Of a DNA stretch of 64,000 nt, positions 21,901-35,730 are shown one piece after another (position 1 is the first letter of the stretch; every line of letters starts with the position of its first letter). Source of the DNA: Octopus bimaculoides (taxonomy: Eukaryota); NCBI RefSeq assembly GCF_001194135.2, contig NC_068999.1, forward strand, positions 2,090,472-2,154,471, written 5' to 3'. Under the pieces are notes generated by a model that saw only the letters and a program-made list of their open reading frames with translations, was not told where the DNA came from and made no database searches. The position numbers and the translations under genes are program-made.

Positions 21901-24900
21901 CCAAGTGGCCCCTGTCCCACACACACATTGGTGACTGGGTACATTTCTGAAATCTATCTCCTTCCTTCCTTCAGCTTCTTCACTTGGCATACCCTCCCTC
22001 CCTACACCCACACCCAGCCCTCCCTATTGCTCCACACACCCACTACCCTCTCTTTCTGTGGTAGTTGGTGTTGATTGATTGAGATTAACGTTGACTAAAG
22101 AATTTAGAAGGAAAAAAAAAAACATAGGACGCAATGCTGCCTTCACCCTCCAATGTTTCCTTGTCTTTTCCCTTCTTGCATTTTCAATCTTTAGTCAAGA
22201 TGACTAAGATTGCTTCATGTATGTATATCGTGTGCACTGTTATATGTATATATAAATATATATATATATATATACACACGCACGCACATACATGCTCTGT
22301 GTATTTGTGCAGAAGGAGCGGAATTAACTTTTAAATTGGGAACGGGTTTTTAAACAGGGACAAATGTTCTTTTTTAATCATCTTCAATGCACAGATGCAC
22401 TCTACCTTCCACCACCACCCCTCCTCCTCCATTTGTCAAACTCTGTCTCACTTTGACTTCTCTCTGATGACAGCTGCTCCTCCTCCTCCATCACCCTCAG
22501 GTGAAACAGATGGCTGCTGTTTATTACTCTCCCCTCCCCCCCCCCATTCCACACTGGACACACCTACTTCTCACACACACACACACACACATAGATAAAC
22601 ATTTCTGATTTCAAGATGATATCCAACAGACTTAAACCACAGCTTAGAAGACAAACCTCACTATTTACATTTCTTCATTATTATTATTAGTCTATTAAAA
22701 AAACAAGAGCAAAATTCTAACTTTGCTAAAATTACTATTTTATCTTTAAATTTAATTTTATCAACTCTCACTGCTACTACTACTACTACTACTGCTGCTG
22801 CTGCTGATTTCCTTTTCTTTTTGCTTAATTTTTTTTCTTTCTATTTTGGCAGCTCATCATGGTTTAAGTTCTCTCTCTCTCTCCTCTTTCACTCTCTCTC
22901 GCTCTCATGTTTTGTCCTCTCTCTTTATTTTCCTTCTTCCCTTTTTTAGTAATGACTTTGTCTTATTTCTCGGCTTCTATTCTTTGTCCTTCGTTTTCTC
23001 TCAAAGGTCTTCTCTTTCTTTCTTTCTCTCTACTCTCACCTTTCTTCTTGGCAAACTTTTTCCATTTTAGAAAGCGCAATCATATTTTCTAGATAATTAT
23101 TTGTTGTGTGTGTGTTTCTGAAAAAAAAAGGGGGAAAAATTCTTTTTTTTAAATCTCAACATGACAAATGGGTGAAGGGTGGGGGTTCATTTTTAACACC
23201 ATTTCTTTCTCATTCTCTTCTCTCTGACTTCACCACCACATCTACACACACACACACACACACACCCTTGCACTCTCTCAACGCAGACTTTTATCAGGGT
23301 GGGTGGGAGGATTATTACAATTGAATGCCCCACCTGCAGACTGATCTTTGGTGTCTCTTCAATATTCTATCTTAAATATAAATCCATGAATCCAGTCCCT
23401 GTACAATTGATCAGCAACCATTAAGTTCTATTNNNNNNNNNNNNNNNNNNNNNNNNNNNNNNNNNNNNNNNNNNNNNNNNNNNNNNNNNNNNNNNNNNNN
23501 NNNNNNNNNNNNNNNNNNNNNNNNNNNNNNNNNNNNNNNNNNNNNNNNNNNNNNNNNNNNNNNNNNNNNNNNNNNNNNNNNNNNNNNNNNNNNNNNNNNN
23601 NNNNNNNNNNNNNNNNNNNNNNNNNNNNNNNNNNNNNNNNNNNNNNNNNNNNNNNNNNNNNNNNNNNNNNNNNNNNNNNNNNNNNNNNNNNNNNNNNNNN
23701 NNNNNNNNNNNNNNNNNNNNNNNNNNNNNNNNNNNNNNNNNNNNNNNNNNNNNNNNNNNNNNNNNNNNNNNNNNNNNNNNNNNNNNNNNNNNNNNNNNNN
23801 NNNNNNNNNNNNNNNNNNNNNNNNNNNNNNNNNNNNNNNNNNNNNNNNNNNNNNNNNNNNNNNNNNNNNNNNNNNNNNNNNNNNNNNNNNNNNNNNNNNN
23901 NNNNNNNNNNCTACAGTTCCCATAAAAATGTATAAAATGTAAAAGTGAAATTATTAAAGTATATCGTTTTGTAATTAACTGTTGAGTGGTGTTCCATTTG
24001 CCAAGCACACAACTTAATTGGAGGTGTTTACATATTACTTCATTATTATTATTAATATTATTATATTTTGCTTTAGCAACATTAAAAAATGAAAAAAAAA
24101 AAAAACCCCTTTTCTCCCCTTCTCTCCTCTGCCCCCTTCTTTTAAAAGTAATTCGTGTTTCAGCTTTCTTTGGAAAAAAAATTATAATACTTGCAACAAC
24201 AACAAAAAGCTTTAAAAAAATTATCCAAAAACGCCAAAAAAAAATCCTTCCTGTCCTGTCGCCGCCCCCTCCCTCTTCCACTGAAACTCTATCTTATCTC
24301 TATTATTATTATTAATTACTATACGTTCTTTTAACCACAATTTCTCTGAACTAGTTTTAAGCACACCTTTTACTGTTCTATATCTATATATATATATATA
24401 CATATAGTGTCTTAATTCTATATACTTGCTTTTTTTTTTTTCCTTTTTTTCTTTTTCACCATTTCATTTTTTCTATCATTTGTGTTCACTTTTCATTTAA
24501 ACTTCTACCTACTACTACTACTACTATTGCTAGCCAGCAACAACTGTACTTTTTACTCTTGTCTATTATGACTACTACTACCACTACCACTACTACTATT
24601 ACTGTTTACTTCTGTGACTTGATTGCTATTGTATCATTTATTTTTTATTATTATTTTTTTTTTTTTTTTTTNNNNNNNNNNTATTTTTTTTTTTTTTTTC
24701 TTGTGCTATTAAAACTTCTTTCAAGTGCTTCTCTCTGTCTCTACGTCTGTGCCTATAAAACACCATACTCTCTTTCAGCTTCATCTTCTTCCTCCTGCTG
24801 CAAAAACTGTTCTCAACTTTCTTCATTCATCCATCAACCGCTGAACTCTACCTACTATTACTACTACTACTACCTGTTCCACTTCATTCCGTTATTTTAT

Positions 24901-27100
24901 TACTACTACTATTACTATTCTTCCATGATCTGACCAAATTTCAAAAGTTACAACAAGATCACTCGATTTTTCTACTTCTTTACTACTGTTGCTGCTGCTG
25001 CTACTACTACTACTACTACTACTACTGTTGTTGCTTCTACTCCACCTTTTTTCCCCCATGCCATCAAATGGGGAAGCGCCAACTTTGAGCTCGTAATCGT
25101 TACAATGTTTTATTTCTTTTGGGTCACTTTCCATTTCTAAATGACCCTTCTCCATTATGGTTTTGTTCCCAGAGATTAAAGCAATAATTCTTTAAGATGA
25201 CAAATTCCCTGCTTAAAGAGTAAAGCTGACAAGTTGTGTATTTGGAAGACTTACACATGTTGAATCCTCTCCAATCTGATTGGTGCTTCCTCATTCACGG
25301 TACCCTCTGTTAGTGAAACAAAGTTCCATTCTTTCCTCAGCTACACTTTCCTATGACTTAAGTTTTTTTTTACTCTTTATTCATCAACTTCTTGCTTCAT
25401 TATTATTATTATTATTATTATTATTTAGAATCTACCATTTTCCATCCAATTAGAACTTTATTAATGCTTCCTTAGTTGCATTTGTTTGGCAAGTGCTTTA
25501 ATTAGTGGGCTAAAATATTAGCATTAGATGTTACATATGCACACACATTTTTGTCTATGTATATCTTTCCTTACACATTGAACATACTCTATCTCTGGGA
25601 TATCAATGACCATCCTGTGATACTTGGAAAAAAAGTCAAAAGATCAGAAGTAGACTATTCCAATTTTTGTTAAATGACCAGCAGGTACTGAAAAAAATAT
25701 ACAATTTAGAGGTTTATAAAATTCCAGGCCTAGAAATAGTTGTACATCCAACAGCTCTATGTAGTTAGCAGGAATAAGTGAAAAACCTAGAATGGTGAGG
25801 TGCAGCATCCTGATGGTTTAACTTGGCGGCCAGGTATTTTGTCATTTCTCTTTCAAGGACCTCCCTCAACCCCCACAAAAAAAAAACATTTGATTTTTAC
25901 AAGGAACAATTGAGCAGTGAATTACTGGTATACCAGTTCTAAACACAAGAATTTTAGTTTCAAGTTACCTTCTTTTTGAAGGATGGCAAAAACCAGTGAA
26001 ATGAGTGGTTGATAAACTCTGGTAACCTAATTTTTGATATTGAATGAATTTTTTAGAGAAAATTTATTCAATGCTAGATTTTAAAATTTCACAGCTGCTG
26101 GTAAAACCCTACAGAATTACACAATCAAGAAACCAGTTTTTTATTTTTTTTAAATTCTACATGAATTGGTAAGACTTAGAGAGACGTGGTCTTTTTCCTG
26201 TATTTCGGTGTGTTGCAAATTAACCTTTCTCACATTCAAGATATTCTTTTATTACAAGAACTGGTGACCCCAAGACTATCTGGAATTAGTTACAAACTTG
26301 GTTTTAGACAGGTTTTGGCAAATTTTAAAAATTTACCTTCAGTGATCATGGAAATGCCTTTTTTTTTTTAAATTTTATTTTCCCTCCCCACAAGGATTGT
26401 CTTTTCCATGTCTCCTGGAATTAGATCTGAGGTTCACAGTATTCCTAAAAGTCTTTTTATATCATTACTGGTTGGCAACACCTGGAACCTGTTTACATCC
26501 TTAACACTCTGTGGAAGATCAAAAGATCTGTAACTTGCTGTGCTCCATGGCCCACATGTAGCTTAATGTCTCTGAGCATTGTTTTTGGCTCGTGCTCTTT
26601 GCCACCACTAGCAAAAAAGGTGGGGCAGACTGCATACCGAGATCCATTCAGCAGAAGAGAACTTGTTTAAAGTGGGGAGAATCAGAAGCCATTTATTTAG
26701 CTACATGTTAGCAAAGATAGCATCCCTTTACAGTGCCCAATGGTTAACATGAATTAAACCTTGTTCAGGTTTAGACGTCTGGTTTGGTCTGGATAATTGA
26801 TGCTGATCAAATCTCTCGGAATGGCCACTAATGCTACATCTTACTGCCATTCTTTCCGAAGCAGGCCTTTTTTTGTGTGTGGCATTTGATACTTCACCTT
26901 GGAATCAACCAGGTGTCTAAAGGGGAAGGGGTTGATAGGTGACTGGGGGGTGCTGATTTTAATAAAATCAATCCCTTTCAATATTTAGGGTTCTCGGAGA
27001 CTTGCTCCATTTTAGCATTTGTGAAGTCTAGGATTTCATATGGGACCTTTTTTCTCTCTTTAGGGGTGTAAACTTAATGTGGATGGAGCTCTGGAAACGA
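18942..27100 (+). other. Probable long PTB 3' UTR / downstream transcribed region (end uncertain; interrupted by N gaps)
   Basis: U-rich, nearly free of transposons and CpG-poor like the gene body. AATAAA occurs at 20024, 20229, 21036 and 26961. Confidence 0.4.
19257..19263 (+). promoter_or_regulatory. miR-124 seed match (7mer-m8, GTGCCTT) in PTB 3' UTR
   Basis: Exact complement of miR-124 nt 2-8 (AAGGCAC), about 315 nt after the stop. A single 7-mer can occur by chance. Confidence 0.4.
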
Positions 27101-27599
27101 AGGTTAGAACTGAGAATAGACGTGGTTAATCTTGCTCGACACTCGGTCGATCCCGAAAGAATTAGAAATAAAGTTCACTGCAGCAGGATTTGATTTCGAT
27201 GTTTGAAAACCAGACTTATGCAACGCTCCATATGTGATATGATCTATAACGCCATTGCTTTGTACTCTTACAATACAGTTCCTGGCTTCTTGGATAGGTT
27301 AACAAGCAAGCAGATAAAGGAATTCGTCTCCTGTTGATGATACAAAGATGGCTGATACAGTAAACTTTCGAATGTTCGGTTGTTTTTTTCCCACCGATTG
27401 TGCGCCTGTGTCACAGCCGGTCCTCAGCACACCAAGAGCTGGCACAGGTTCTTCGAGCCGTCCCTTCAGACGCTCAGTAATTTCTACTGTGCTCTACACT
27501 GCATCGGTACTTCGTTTTATTTCTCTTTCCCAGTCAAATATCAAAAAAGGAAAGTGAAAAGCTAAATCCACCTCGGCTGGATTTGAAATCAGAATGTAA

Positions 27600-27790
27600 A
27601 CGGTCGTAATCAAACTGATGAGGCATCATAAGCACGGAACCGATTAAGAATATTGATTTCGAATCTTGGCACAAGGCCAGCAATTTCGGGGCAAGAAGTA
27701 AATCGATTAGAAACCAAATGCTCCATTGGTACTTTATGGATACCGAAAGGATGAAAGACAAGGCTTTTATTAGTTTTAATAGTCCACGGT
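27600..27790 (-). mobile_element. SINE remnant
   Basis: ttggcacaaggccagcaatt...ggtact...ccgaaaggatgaaagacaa, the reverse of the 40053-type body. Confidence 0.6.
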
Positions 27791-27967
27791 TGTTTCTGGC
27801 TGACAGGTCAAACCTATGCCGAAACATCGGGTGTTACAGAATCCCTTGTGCTAACAAACATGACTGAACTGTTCGCCAAGGATAAAACATCGGTGATTGA
27901 CACATTTACGTTCGAATCTACCGAAATATTTACATACGCAAGTCATGGCGTTGATTCTCGCTGCGCA

Positions 27968-28431
27968 CCAGAGTGAGTAAAAAAGTAACGTCATTTTGTT
28001 TAGGACAGGTATAATTACCAACACAGGAACATGTATCACATCAAAATGAAGCCGGTCCTCTGTGGATCACATCCCTACTCCTCATGGCCACTTCTTCACT
28101 ACAGTTTTCATTTCCTCGTCACTGGAATAATTTAGCACCTTCAGACTATCATCTCTTCGGCCCCATGAAAGAGGGTTTGAGAGGCAAACATTATTCCAGT
28201 GATAAGGAAATGAAAACTGTTGAGAAGTGGTTCAGACAGAATTTTTCGGGGCAGGGGTACATGCTCATTCAAAGGTGGAACATTGCTATTGAGAGAAACG
28301 GTGACTATGTTGAGAAGTAGGGATGTGATCCACAGAGGACCAGCTTCAATTTGATGTATGATACATGTTCCTGTGTTGGTAATTATACCTGTCCTAAACA
28401 AAACGGCATTACTTTTTGACTCACTCTCGTA
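27968..28431 (+). mobile_element. Non-autonomous mariner element with ~115-bp terminal inverted repeats and a transposase C-terminal remnant
   Basis: NLAPSDYHLFGPMKEGLRGKHY...RWNIAIERNGDYVEK* matches the mariner DD34D C-terminus. 27969-28084 is the inverse of 28311-28429, and the right end is followed by TA. Confidence 0.88.
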
Positions 28432-29115
28432 TATGTTTCTTGTGTCCGAGAACGACAATTCTGCAATTTGTTACTAACAAACAGCAAACGTTTGTGTCGT
28501 ATATCATTAGCTCACTCCCCCACCACCACCACCATCAACGCTACCCGTTGTGTCAGGTGTCGAAGTGATCGCAGAGTAAAGTGAGAGGAAGTATTTTGCT
28601 GAAGAACAAAATTCCCCGCTCGCACTGGGAATCTACCCCCACGTCTCGCGATAGTGAGTGTAACACCCTCAACCACTGGGCCATGATCCCTACCACACAT
28701 GAATAGATATATACATATGTATAAAGAACGGAAGGGTTCGAGCAGTCAGCGACCATCCAACAATGTGTACACGAGTATGTATGTATGCGCGGGGACGTGG
28801 AAAAGCCTGGGTTGGCCCACTGGGAGTAGGAGGCCACTCTGTTGCCCCAACATCTCTCAAGAAGGAAACTGAGCGAGAAAACTTATGGCACATTCGATGA
28901 TAAAGACTAGTTCTTCTTTTTGAGTTGGTGCTGGTCCATGTTCTGAGAATGCGATTGGATTTATGCAAAGAAAAAAACCCTGATGCACAGGCATCGCTTG
29001 ATAAACAAAGAAAGACCTTTTACGAAAATGGCTGGTCGTAGCCTTTGCATGTGTGGGACTTTCGATCAGACGATGGCAACACGAGTTTGCAGCCATCATA
29101 CATATAATATATAAT

Positions 29116-29431
29116 GGGCGCAGGAGTGGTATGACACTTGCTTCCCAACCACATTGTTCCGTGTTCAGTCCCACTGTGTGGCACCTTCGGCAAGTGTCTT
29201 CTACGATAGCCTCGAGCCCTTGTGAGTGGATTTGGTAGATGGAAACTGAAAGAATCCCTTCGTGTTTGTCCCCCACAACCGATGCTGGTGTGTTTACGTC
29301 CTTGTATTATTGCGGTTTGGCAAAAGAGACCGATAGAATAAGTAATAGGCTTACAGAGTCCTGGGGTCAGTTTGTTCGACTAAAAGGCGATGCTCCAGCA
29401 TGGCCGCAGCCAAATGACTGAAACAAGTAAA
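29116..29431 (+). mobile_element. Near full-length octopus-type tRNA-derived SINE
   Basis: ggcgcaggagtgg...ttcagtcccactgtgtggcacctt...gtgagtggatttggtagatggaaactgaaag...ctccagcatggccgcag...aatgactgaaacaagtaaa. Confidence 0.85.
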
Positions 29432-29442
29432 ACTATATATAT

Positions 29443-29598
29443 ACGATGGGCTACTTTCAGTTTCCGTCTACCAAATCTACTCACAGGCTTTGGTCAGCCT
29501 CGGGCTATAGAAGACGCCCACGGTACCACACAGTGGGAGTGAACCCGTATGCATGTGGTTGGGAAGCAAACTTCTTAGCACACGGCCAAGCCTGCGCC
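29443..29598 (-). mobile_element. SINE 5' half in inverted orientation to the adjacent copy
   Basis: ctttcagtttccgtctaccaaatctactcac...cctgcgcc is the reverse complement of the head at 29116-29250. Confidence 0.85.
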
Positions 29599-30199
29599 TA
29601 ACCAAAGCATAGACAGGCAGACAACAGGTATGAAGTGAGATTACGACGTGTTTGTATTAAAACAACTTCAGGAGAAAAGCAAGAATACGAGATCAGTAGA
29701 AAGTTCCAACTGAGTGAAGTTCTTAACAGGTAGTCTCGCTTGTGGGACCGAAAGAAAGTCCATACTTTTATTATGACAGCTTTGTAGGTTGATGAATGTT
29801 GTCACGAGTAAAATACCTGGGAAATTATAGAAAAGACACCTTTTGACTTCTTTCTACCATTTTCATGGTTTTTACCTGACAACTTTCTTCTACCTACACG
29901 ACATCATATCAGTACTAGTTCGTAAGAACATCAGTTGAGATGGATAACCAAATTCTATGTTAGCTGTCTAGTAACTCATTCAAATAGGAATTTCAAAATT
30001 AAGCGTCCAGCATTTTGAAGCGCTGTTATTGGTACAAGTTACATTCCAAGAATAGTCGATGCTCTCAATTTTAGATGATTCGGACCAAACAGTTTTACGA
30101 GTGGAACTTGGCAAGATAAACTTTCCAACAAAGATTATTTGGCCTGACGAGATTTACATTTAAATTAAATGGCTCAGTTAATCGCCACAATTGCGTCGA

Positions 30200-30700
30200 C
30201 TGGGCATCTGAGAACCTGCATTTTATGGAGAAACCATGTTAATTTACAATGAGCCGCAATAGGGGCCGTTTACCATCAAAAAGATTAATGGACCATTCTT
30301 TTTTCACAGTTCTGTGACTGGCTCCAAATCACTTGAACTTGTTGCAGTAATCTGTCATGCCAAGCATTCAAGAGAAGTTTTAGCATGTATAGTTTATTTC
30401 TAGCTACATGGGGCACCCCCACGCCACCATAGTAAGGTAAGAACCTGTCTTGATTAGATTTCGTCATATAGGTGGATTGAACGAAGAGATTTAGTACAAT
30501 ATCCTGTGTGTTCGCCAGACATCAAGGCCATTAGACCCTCTTTTACGGGGATGCTTTAAAGAAGATGAAGTTTACTGTACAGAGCCGGCAACAGTTGAAT
30601 GCGCAAAATATCAGACGAAATGTTTCTTGGAGCTTTGCGTTGTCGTCAACAGCGGCTGGACTAGAATGATCATCGGTTTGAAAACTGGCGTTCATAGAAA
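30200..30700 (+). pseudogene. Degenerate Tc1/mariner-superfamily transposase remnant
   Basis: Frameshifted motifs: GPFFF..SVTG, (D)GAPPRHHS, RWI.R, SPD..PLD..L.G, EVY...P.T. Confidence 0.55.
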
Positions 30701-31898
30701 AGTAAAATTCTGTCGGCAGATTCTATTAAATTTCGAAAATGATTTTATTTAACACTGACTTAATCGTTCAATGACAGTGTNNNNNNNNNNNNNNNNNNNN
30801 NNNNNNNNNNNNNNNNNNNNNNNNNNNNNNNNNNNNNNNNNNNNNNNNNNNNNNNNNNNNNNNNNNNNNNNNNNNNNNNNNNNNNNNNNNNNNNNNNNNN
30901 NNNNNNNNNNNNNNNNNNNNNNNNNNNNNNNNNNNNNNNNNNNNNNNNNNNNNNNNNNNNNNNNNNNNNNNNNNNNNNNNNNNNNNNNNNNNNNNNNNNN
31001 NNNNNNNNNNNNNNNNNNNNNNNNNNNNNNNNNNNNNNNNNNNNNNNNNNNNNNNNNNNNNNNNNNNNNNNNNNNNNNNNNNNNNNNNNNNNNNNNNNNN
31101 NNNNNNNNNNNNNNNNNNNNNNNNNNNNNNNACCCCAAGAAAATCTAAGCTAAGAGCACTAGATTCTTTGGGAGAAAGCAAGCGAATGTATACGGAAGGA
31201 GCAGTCTCGAGTGTAACCGGCCGAAACTGCAATGACGATCTGGAACTCGACTGACGAAAGAAAGCTCCGAATGACTTGTCCTTGTTTTTTCTTGTCCTTT
31301 TTCGTATCGTCTAACTGTCCGGATATTTTGTTGTCGTCTGTTACCTTCTTGTTTTGTTTTTTATTGTTTTTATCTATATATACATATAGTGGCGTACGTA
31401 CACTTTTGGTCTCCAACACACACACACATATATATATGGGACCAGTCACAGTATCGATAAGAATGAAAGGTCTATTTAATCCTTCAGATGATAAAATTGC
31501 ACCATGCTCTAACTCTTGTATGTATGTGTATATATATGTATGTATATATACACATATATGTGTGTGTGTATACATATATCTATGTATATACATACACACG
31601 CACTCACACATGTAATGTGTATTTCAGAGTTATGTATCAATGTGACGCAGATAGTGAGAGAGTATTTAATCGATGTTAGCTGATTTCTAAAACACCAAAC
31701 GTGTTCACACTTGTCTAGCATATCCTGACGATCAGTCGTTGAAACGAAGGCCGAATAGCAAGCAATAAATAAGTCCACTGCAAACTACAAAGCTACGTGT
31801 ACCAAGTTCTTAGCTATGGGTATCCTGGACGATACTGGTGTGTAACAACAATACACACAGCTCAATAGGAGTAATGGCCACTTTATATACATACATAT

Positions 31899-31987
<89 letters not shown>

Positions 31988-32486
31988 GTGTGTGTGTGTG
32001 TGTATGGGATGTATGTATGAANNNNNNNNNNNNNNNNNNNNNNNNNNNNNNNNNNNNNNNNNNNNNNNNNNNNNNNNNNNNNNNNNNNNNNNNNNNNNNN
32101 NNNNNNNNNNNNNNNNNNNNNNNNNNNNNNNNNNNNNNNNNNNNNNNNNNNNNNNNNNNNNNNNNNNNNNNNNNNNNNNNNNNNNNNNNNNNNNNNNNNN
32201 NNNNNNNNNNNNNNNNNNNNNNNNNNNNNNNNNNNNNNNNNNNNNNNNNNNNNNNNNNNNNNNNNNNNNNNNNNNNNNNNNNNNNNNNNNNNNNNNNNNN
32301 NNNNNNNNNNNNNNNNNNNNNNNNNNNNNNNNNNNNNNNNNNNNNNNNNNNNNNNNNNNNNNNNNNNNNNNNNNNNNNNNNNNNNNNNNNNNNNNNNNNN
32401 NNNNNNNNNNNNNNNNNNNNNNNNNNNNNNNNNNNNNNNNNNNNNNNNNNNNNNNNNNNNNNNNNNNNNNNNNNNNNNNNNNNNNN

Positions 32487-32539
<53 letters not shown>

Positions 32540-32639
32540 TGAAGGTTCATCAAAAACTATACGTAATCTTGTTTCTGTAATTTATTAAAAGAAAACCCGG
32601 GGTTGAACAATTCCATCATTTCCGACATGGCCTCCTTGC

Positions 32640-33000
32640 TTTTATGCACTACTTTCTGCTCTCTTTCGTCTGTAACAAATTGACGACCTCGAAAAGGATG
32701 TTTGAACACTCCAAAGAGGTGATAGTCGGAAAGAGGGGGGGGGGCAGGATCTGGATTCTATGCAGGGTGATCCGACATCTTGAAACACAGTATTTCAATT
32801 GTTTCGACATTTCTGGGTGGCTGCGTGTGGGCCTGCACTGTCGTGCTGCAATAACACCTTTATCAACAGACTTCGGTGTTTGGTGTGAATTGCTGGTTTC
32901 AGTTTCTGGCCAGCATTTCACTGTAGCCTACACTACTGATTGGTGACCCCTTTTTCCAGGAATAGGCCTTTCGATCCCCACTGCCACCAAAAGAAAAAAA
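32640..33000 (-). mobile_element. Probable L1/Tx1-like LINE ORF2 C-terminal remnant
   Basis: VSRCRITLHRIQILPPPLF...VVNLLQTKE, a weak by-eye resemblance only. Confidence 0.3.
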
Positions 33001-33039
33001 CGGTCAGTATCACTTTTTCTGCGGTCAGTTGAGTCTGCG

Positions 33040-33420
33040 ATATACATCTGGAAAATCCTGGAAGGCCTTGTACCAAACTTTGGCATTGGAAGTTACTTAA
33101 ACAGCAGAACGGGGCACCACTGCATAGTGCCAAAGATCCCAGCATTGCCATCAAAATACAGGACCAGATACTGCAACAGCTTGGGCTTCAAGGGCCCACA
33201 GCTCTTCAATATCCTTCCAAAATGCCTGAGAGACCTGCATGCTGTGGATGTAAGTGTCTTTAAAACAAACTGGATCTATTCCTGTCAAGGGTTCCAAACG
33301 AGCCTACCTCACGGCAGGAAACCTAGATGAGGGCAGCAGCATCAAACTCCCTCGTTGACCAAATGCCACATATCAGAGGAGGCTTCAAATAATGGTGTAG
33401 CACAGTCAACGGTGGTGCCT
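33040..33420 (+). mobile_element. CR1/L2-type LINE 3' fragment
   Basis: ILEGLVPNFGI..., VPKIPALPSKYRTRYCNSLGFKGPQLFNILPKCLRDL...VFKT, then a frameshifted LDLFLSRVP. Confidence 0.6.
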
Positions 33421-33644
33421 CAGCATGACCGCAGCTTTGAAGCTGAAACATTTTAAAGATTTAAAGATATATATATATATATATATATACATATATAGTT
33501 CAAAGATATATGATAGATTGCTGATCACTACATTTATTTTTTTTTTCTCTCCTTGTTTCTTTCTGTGTTCCTTTCAGAGCGTTATACTAATACATCCATT
33601 TGTGGTTTACACCATCTGTCTTCGTCTGTTGTTTTTTCGTAAAT

Positions 33645-33687
<43 letters not shown>

Positions 33688-33976
33688 NNNNNNNNNNNNN
33701 NNNNNNNNNNNNNNNNNNNNNNNNNNNNNNNNNNNNNNNNNNNNNNNNNNNNNNNNNNNNNNNNNNNNNNNNNNNNNNNNNNNNNNNNNNNNNNNNNNNN
33801 NNNNNNNNNNNNNNNNNNNNNNNNNNNNNNNNNNNNNNNNNNNNNNNNNNNNNNNNNNNNNNNNNNNNNNNNNNNNNNNNNNNNNNNNNNNNNNNNNNNN
33901 NNNNNNNNNNNNNNNNNNNNNNNNNNNNNNNNNNNNNNNNNNNNNNNNNNNNNNNNNNNNNNNNNNNNNNNNNNNN

Positions 33977-34020
<44 letters not shown>

Positions 34021-34634
34021 TACTATGTATATATAGTGTAAAGAGAAAGAGAAAGATCGATCACGAACCCACATCTGTGATCTTTTTATTCAACGGATTT
34101 TATAACCCAAAATTCTACATGAAATTATTTTTAGCGTTAACTACTTCGAGTTCCACCGTCCAGTGGTGTACATTGGCTGCTAATATGCCATACGGTTTCA
34201 CCATTTTGCCCACAAATTCTGCACTTATCGTTTTCTGATGTGTTGTCTATTCTGTATTTGATGTCATTTGTTCTTGGTCTTGATTATGCAGCAGAACATA
34301 AATGCAGAGAAGCACATAGATGTGTGCGTGTGGTAGGGATGGTGGTCGCGATGGCGTTGGTCGAAGGAAGAGCACACGGATGTGTAGAGGAATCCCTCGA
34401 CGGTGTCGGTAACCTTTACTAACAAGTTATTTCAATGAATCATCAATGTGGTCCAAGCGAGGATGAAGAGGATGGAGAAAAGCGAATAAAAAACGCCTTT
34501 ATTGCTTTCATTCTTTTCTCCTTTTTTCTACCCCCACTCTCTCTCTCTCACTTTCCTCTCTCTCTCTCTTTCTCTTCATGCAAATATATGTAGAGAGGGC
34601 GTGAGGGTGGTGCGTGTATCTGTCTGCATATGTA

Positions 34635-34743
<109 letters not shown>

Positions 34744-35044
34744 ATGCATGCATGTATATATGCATTTATGTATATATGCAAGTATGTATGTATGTACGTA
34801 CGTATGTATGTATCCATGTGTATGTGCGCGCGCGTTTGTGTGTGCGTGAGTGTGTGTTTATGTGTGTGCATATATATACAAATGCACTTACAAACAACAA
34901 CCGTTTTGAATGAAAATGGCAACCGTTCAAACGGTCCTAATTGTTCGGATATTCGATGAGTGAATTGCGCATTTATGACGTAATCGCTCCAAACGATTTG
35001 TTGTGTCAAATCGTTTGGATTATTTCGTTTTTCTTTTCCTCTCA

Positions 35045-35730
35045 GGTTTTGTTGGAGCTCCTGGAGTCTTGCATATGTAGCGGACTTTTCTGCCTGCAGC
35101 CTACGGTGCCATGCTATCCGTTCTTTTCAGCTATCCAATGCTTTCCTGATTATTCTGGTCATGTCAAGGAGGCAAACCTTTTGTAACAGTTCTACTGGGC
35201 TCTCTATTCCAATTTCCTTTATATTCCTCTTGATACCTTCTGATACTGTCCCCCAAGGACCCAACAACAATTGGCAATATCTTCACCTAAATTTTCCACA
35301 GTCGAGCTATCTTGTATTTAAGAGGATTGTATTTATTTTTCCGCTTTCCTTCTTGACTATTCATGGGTCTAAGGAGCATGCAACATCAAATAAAGAGCAC
35401 AACTAGTTCACCTTGTCCACCATCACTAGGTCCGAATTGCTGGGCTCAAAAATCTGGATTGTTCTCAAAAATCTGGATTTTGCAAATCTCCGACTTCCCA
35501 ACTTCTTTTGTTTGTGCTCAAACCACGTATTGTCTCTCTCTAGACCCCACTTTTCACACAGTTTCCAATGTGGGAATTTCGCTAACCCACCGCGCCGCCA
35601 CAACTTTTAGTGGTTTTGGGAAAGTTAAGGGTATTCGTTCGCAATATTGGCAATAGTTTTGTCGACTCTCTTACAGATTCGGCACAATGGAGACACTTGC
35701 TCATTCCTAAGGTTGATTCTCCAACTTGTG
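35045..35730 (-). mobile_element. Dong/R4-type (RLE-encoding) LINE 3' fragment: zinc knuckle, restriction-like endonuclease and 3' UTR
   Basis: Minus strand: SPLCRICKRVDKTIANI; HWKLCEKWGLERDNTWFEHK; SDLVMVDKVN...LFDVAC; KYKIARLWKI*VKILPIVVGSLGTVS...ELLQKVCLLDMTRIIRKALDS*. Confidence 0.82.

Noticed and set aside
22490-22510. Another CAG|GTGAAA junction-like site in the 3' region
   Set aside because: The pyrimidine tract is interrupted and the donor is weaker than at 16303 and 16476, so it is likely chance.
31190-31760. Hammerhead-ribozyme-like CTGACGA...GAA motifs (also 41150 and 60010-60090), typical of Penelope ends
   Set aside because: Stem II and stem I pairing or the catalytic core are broken in every case; at most these are dead remnants.
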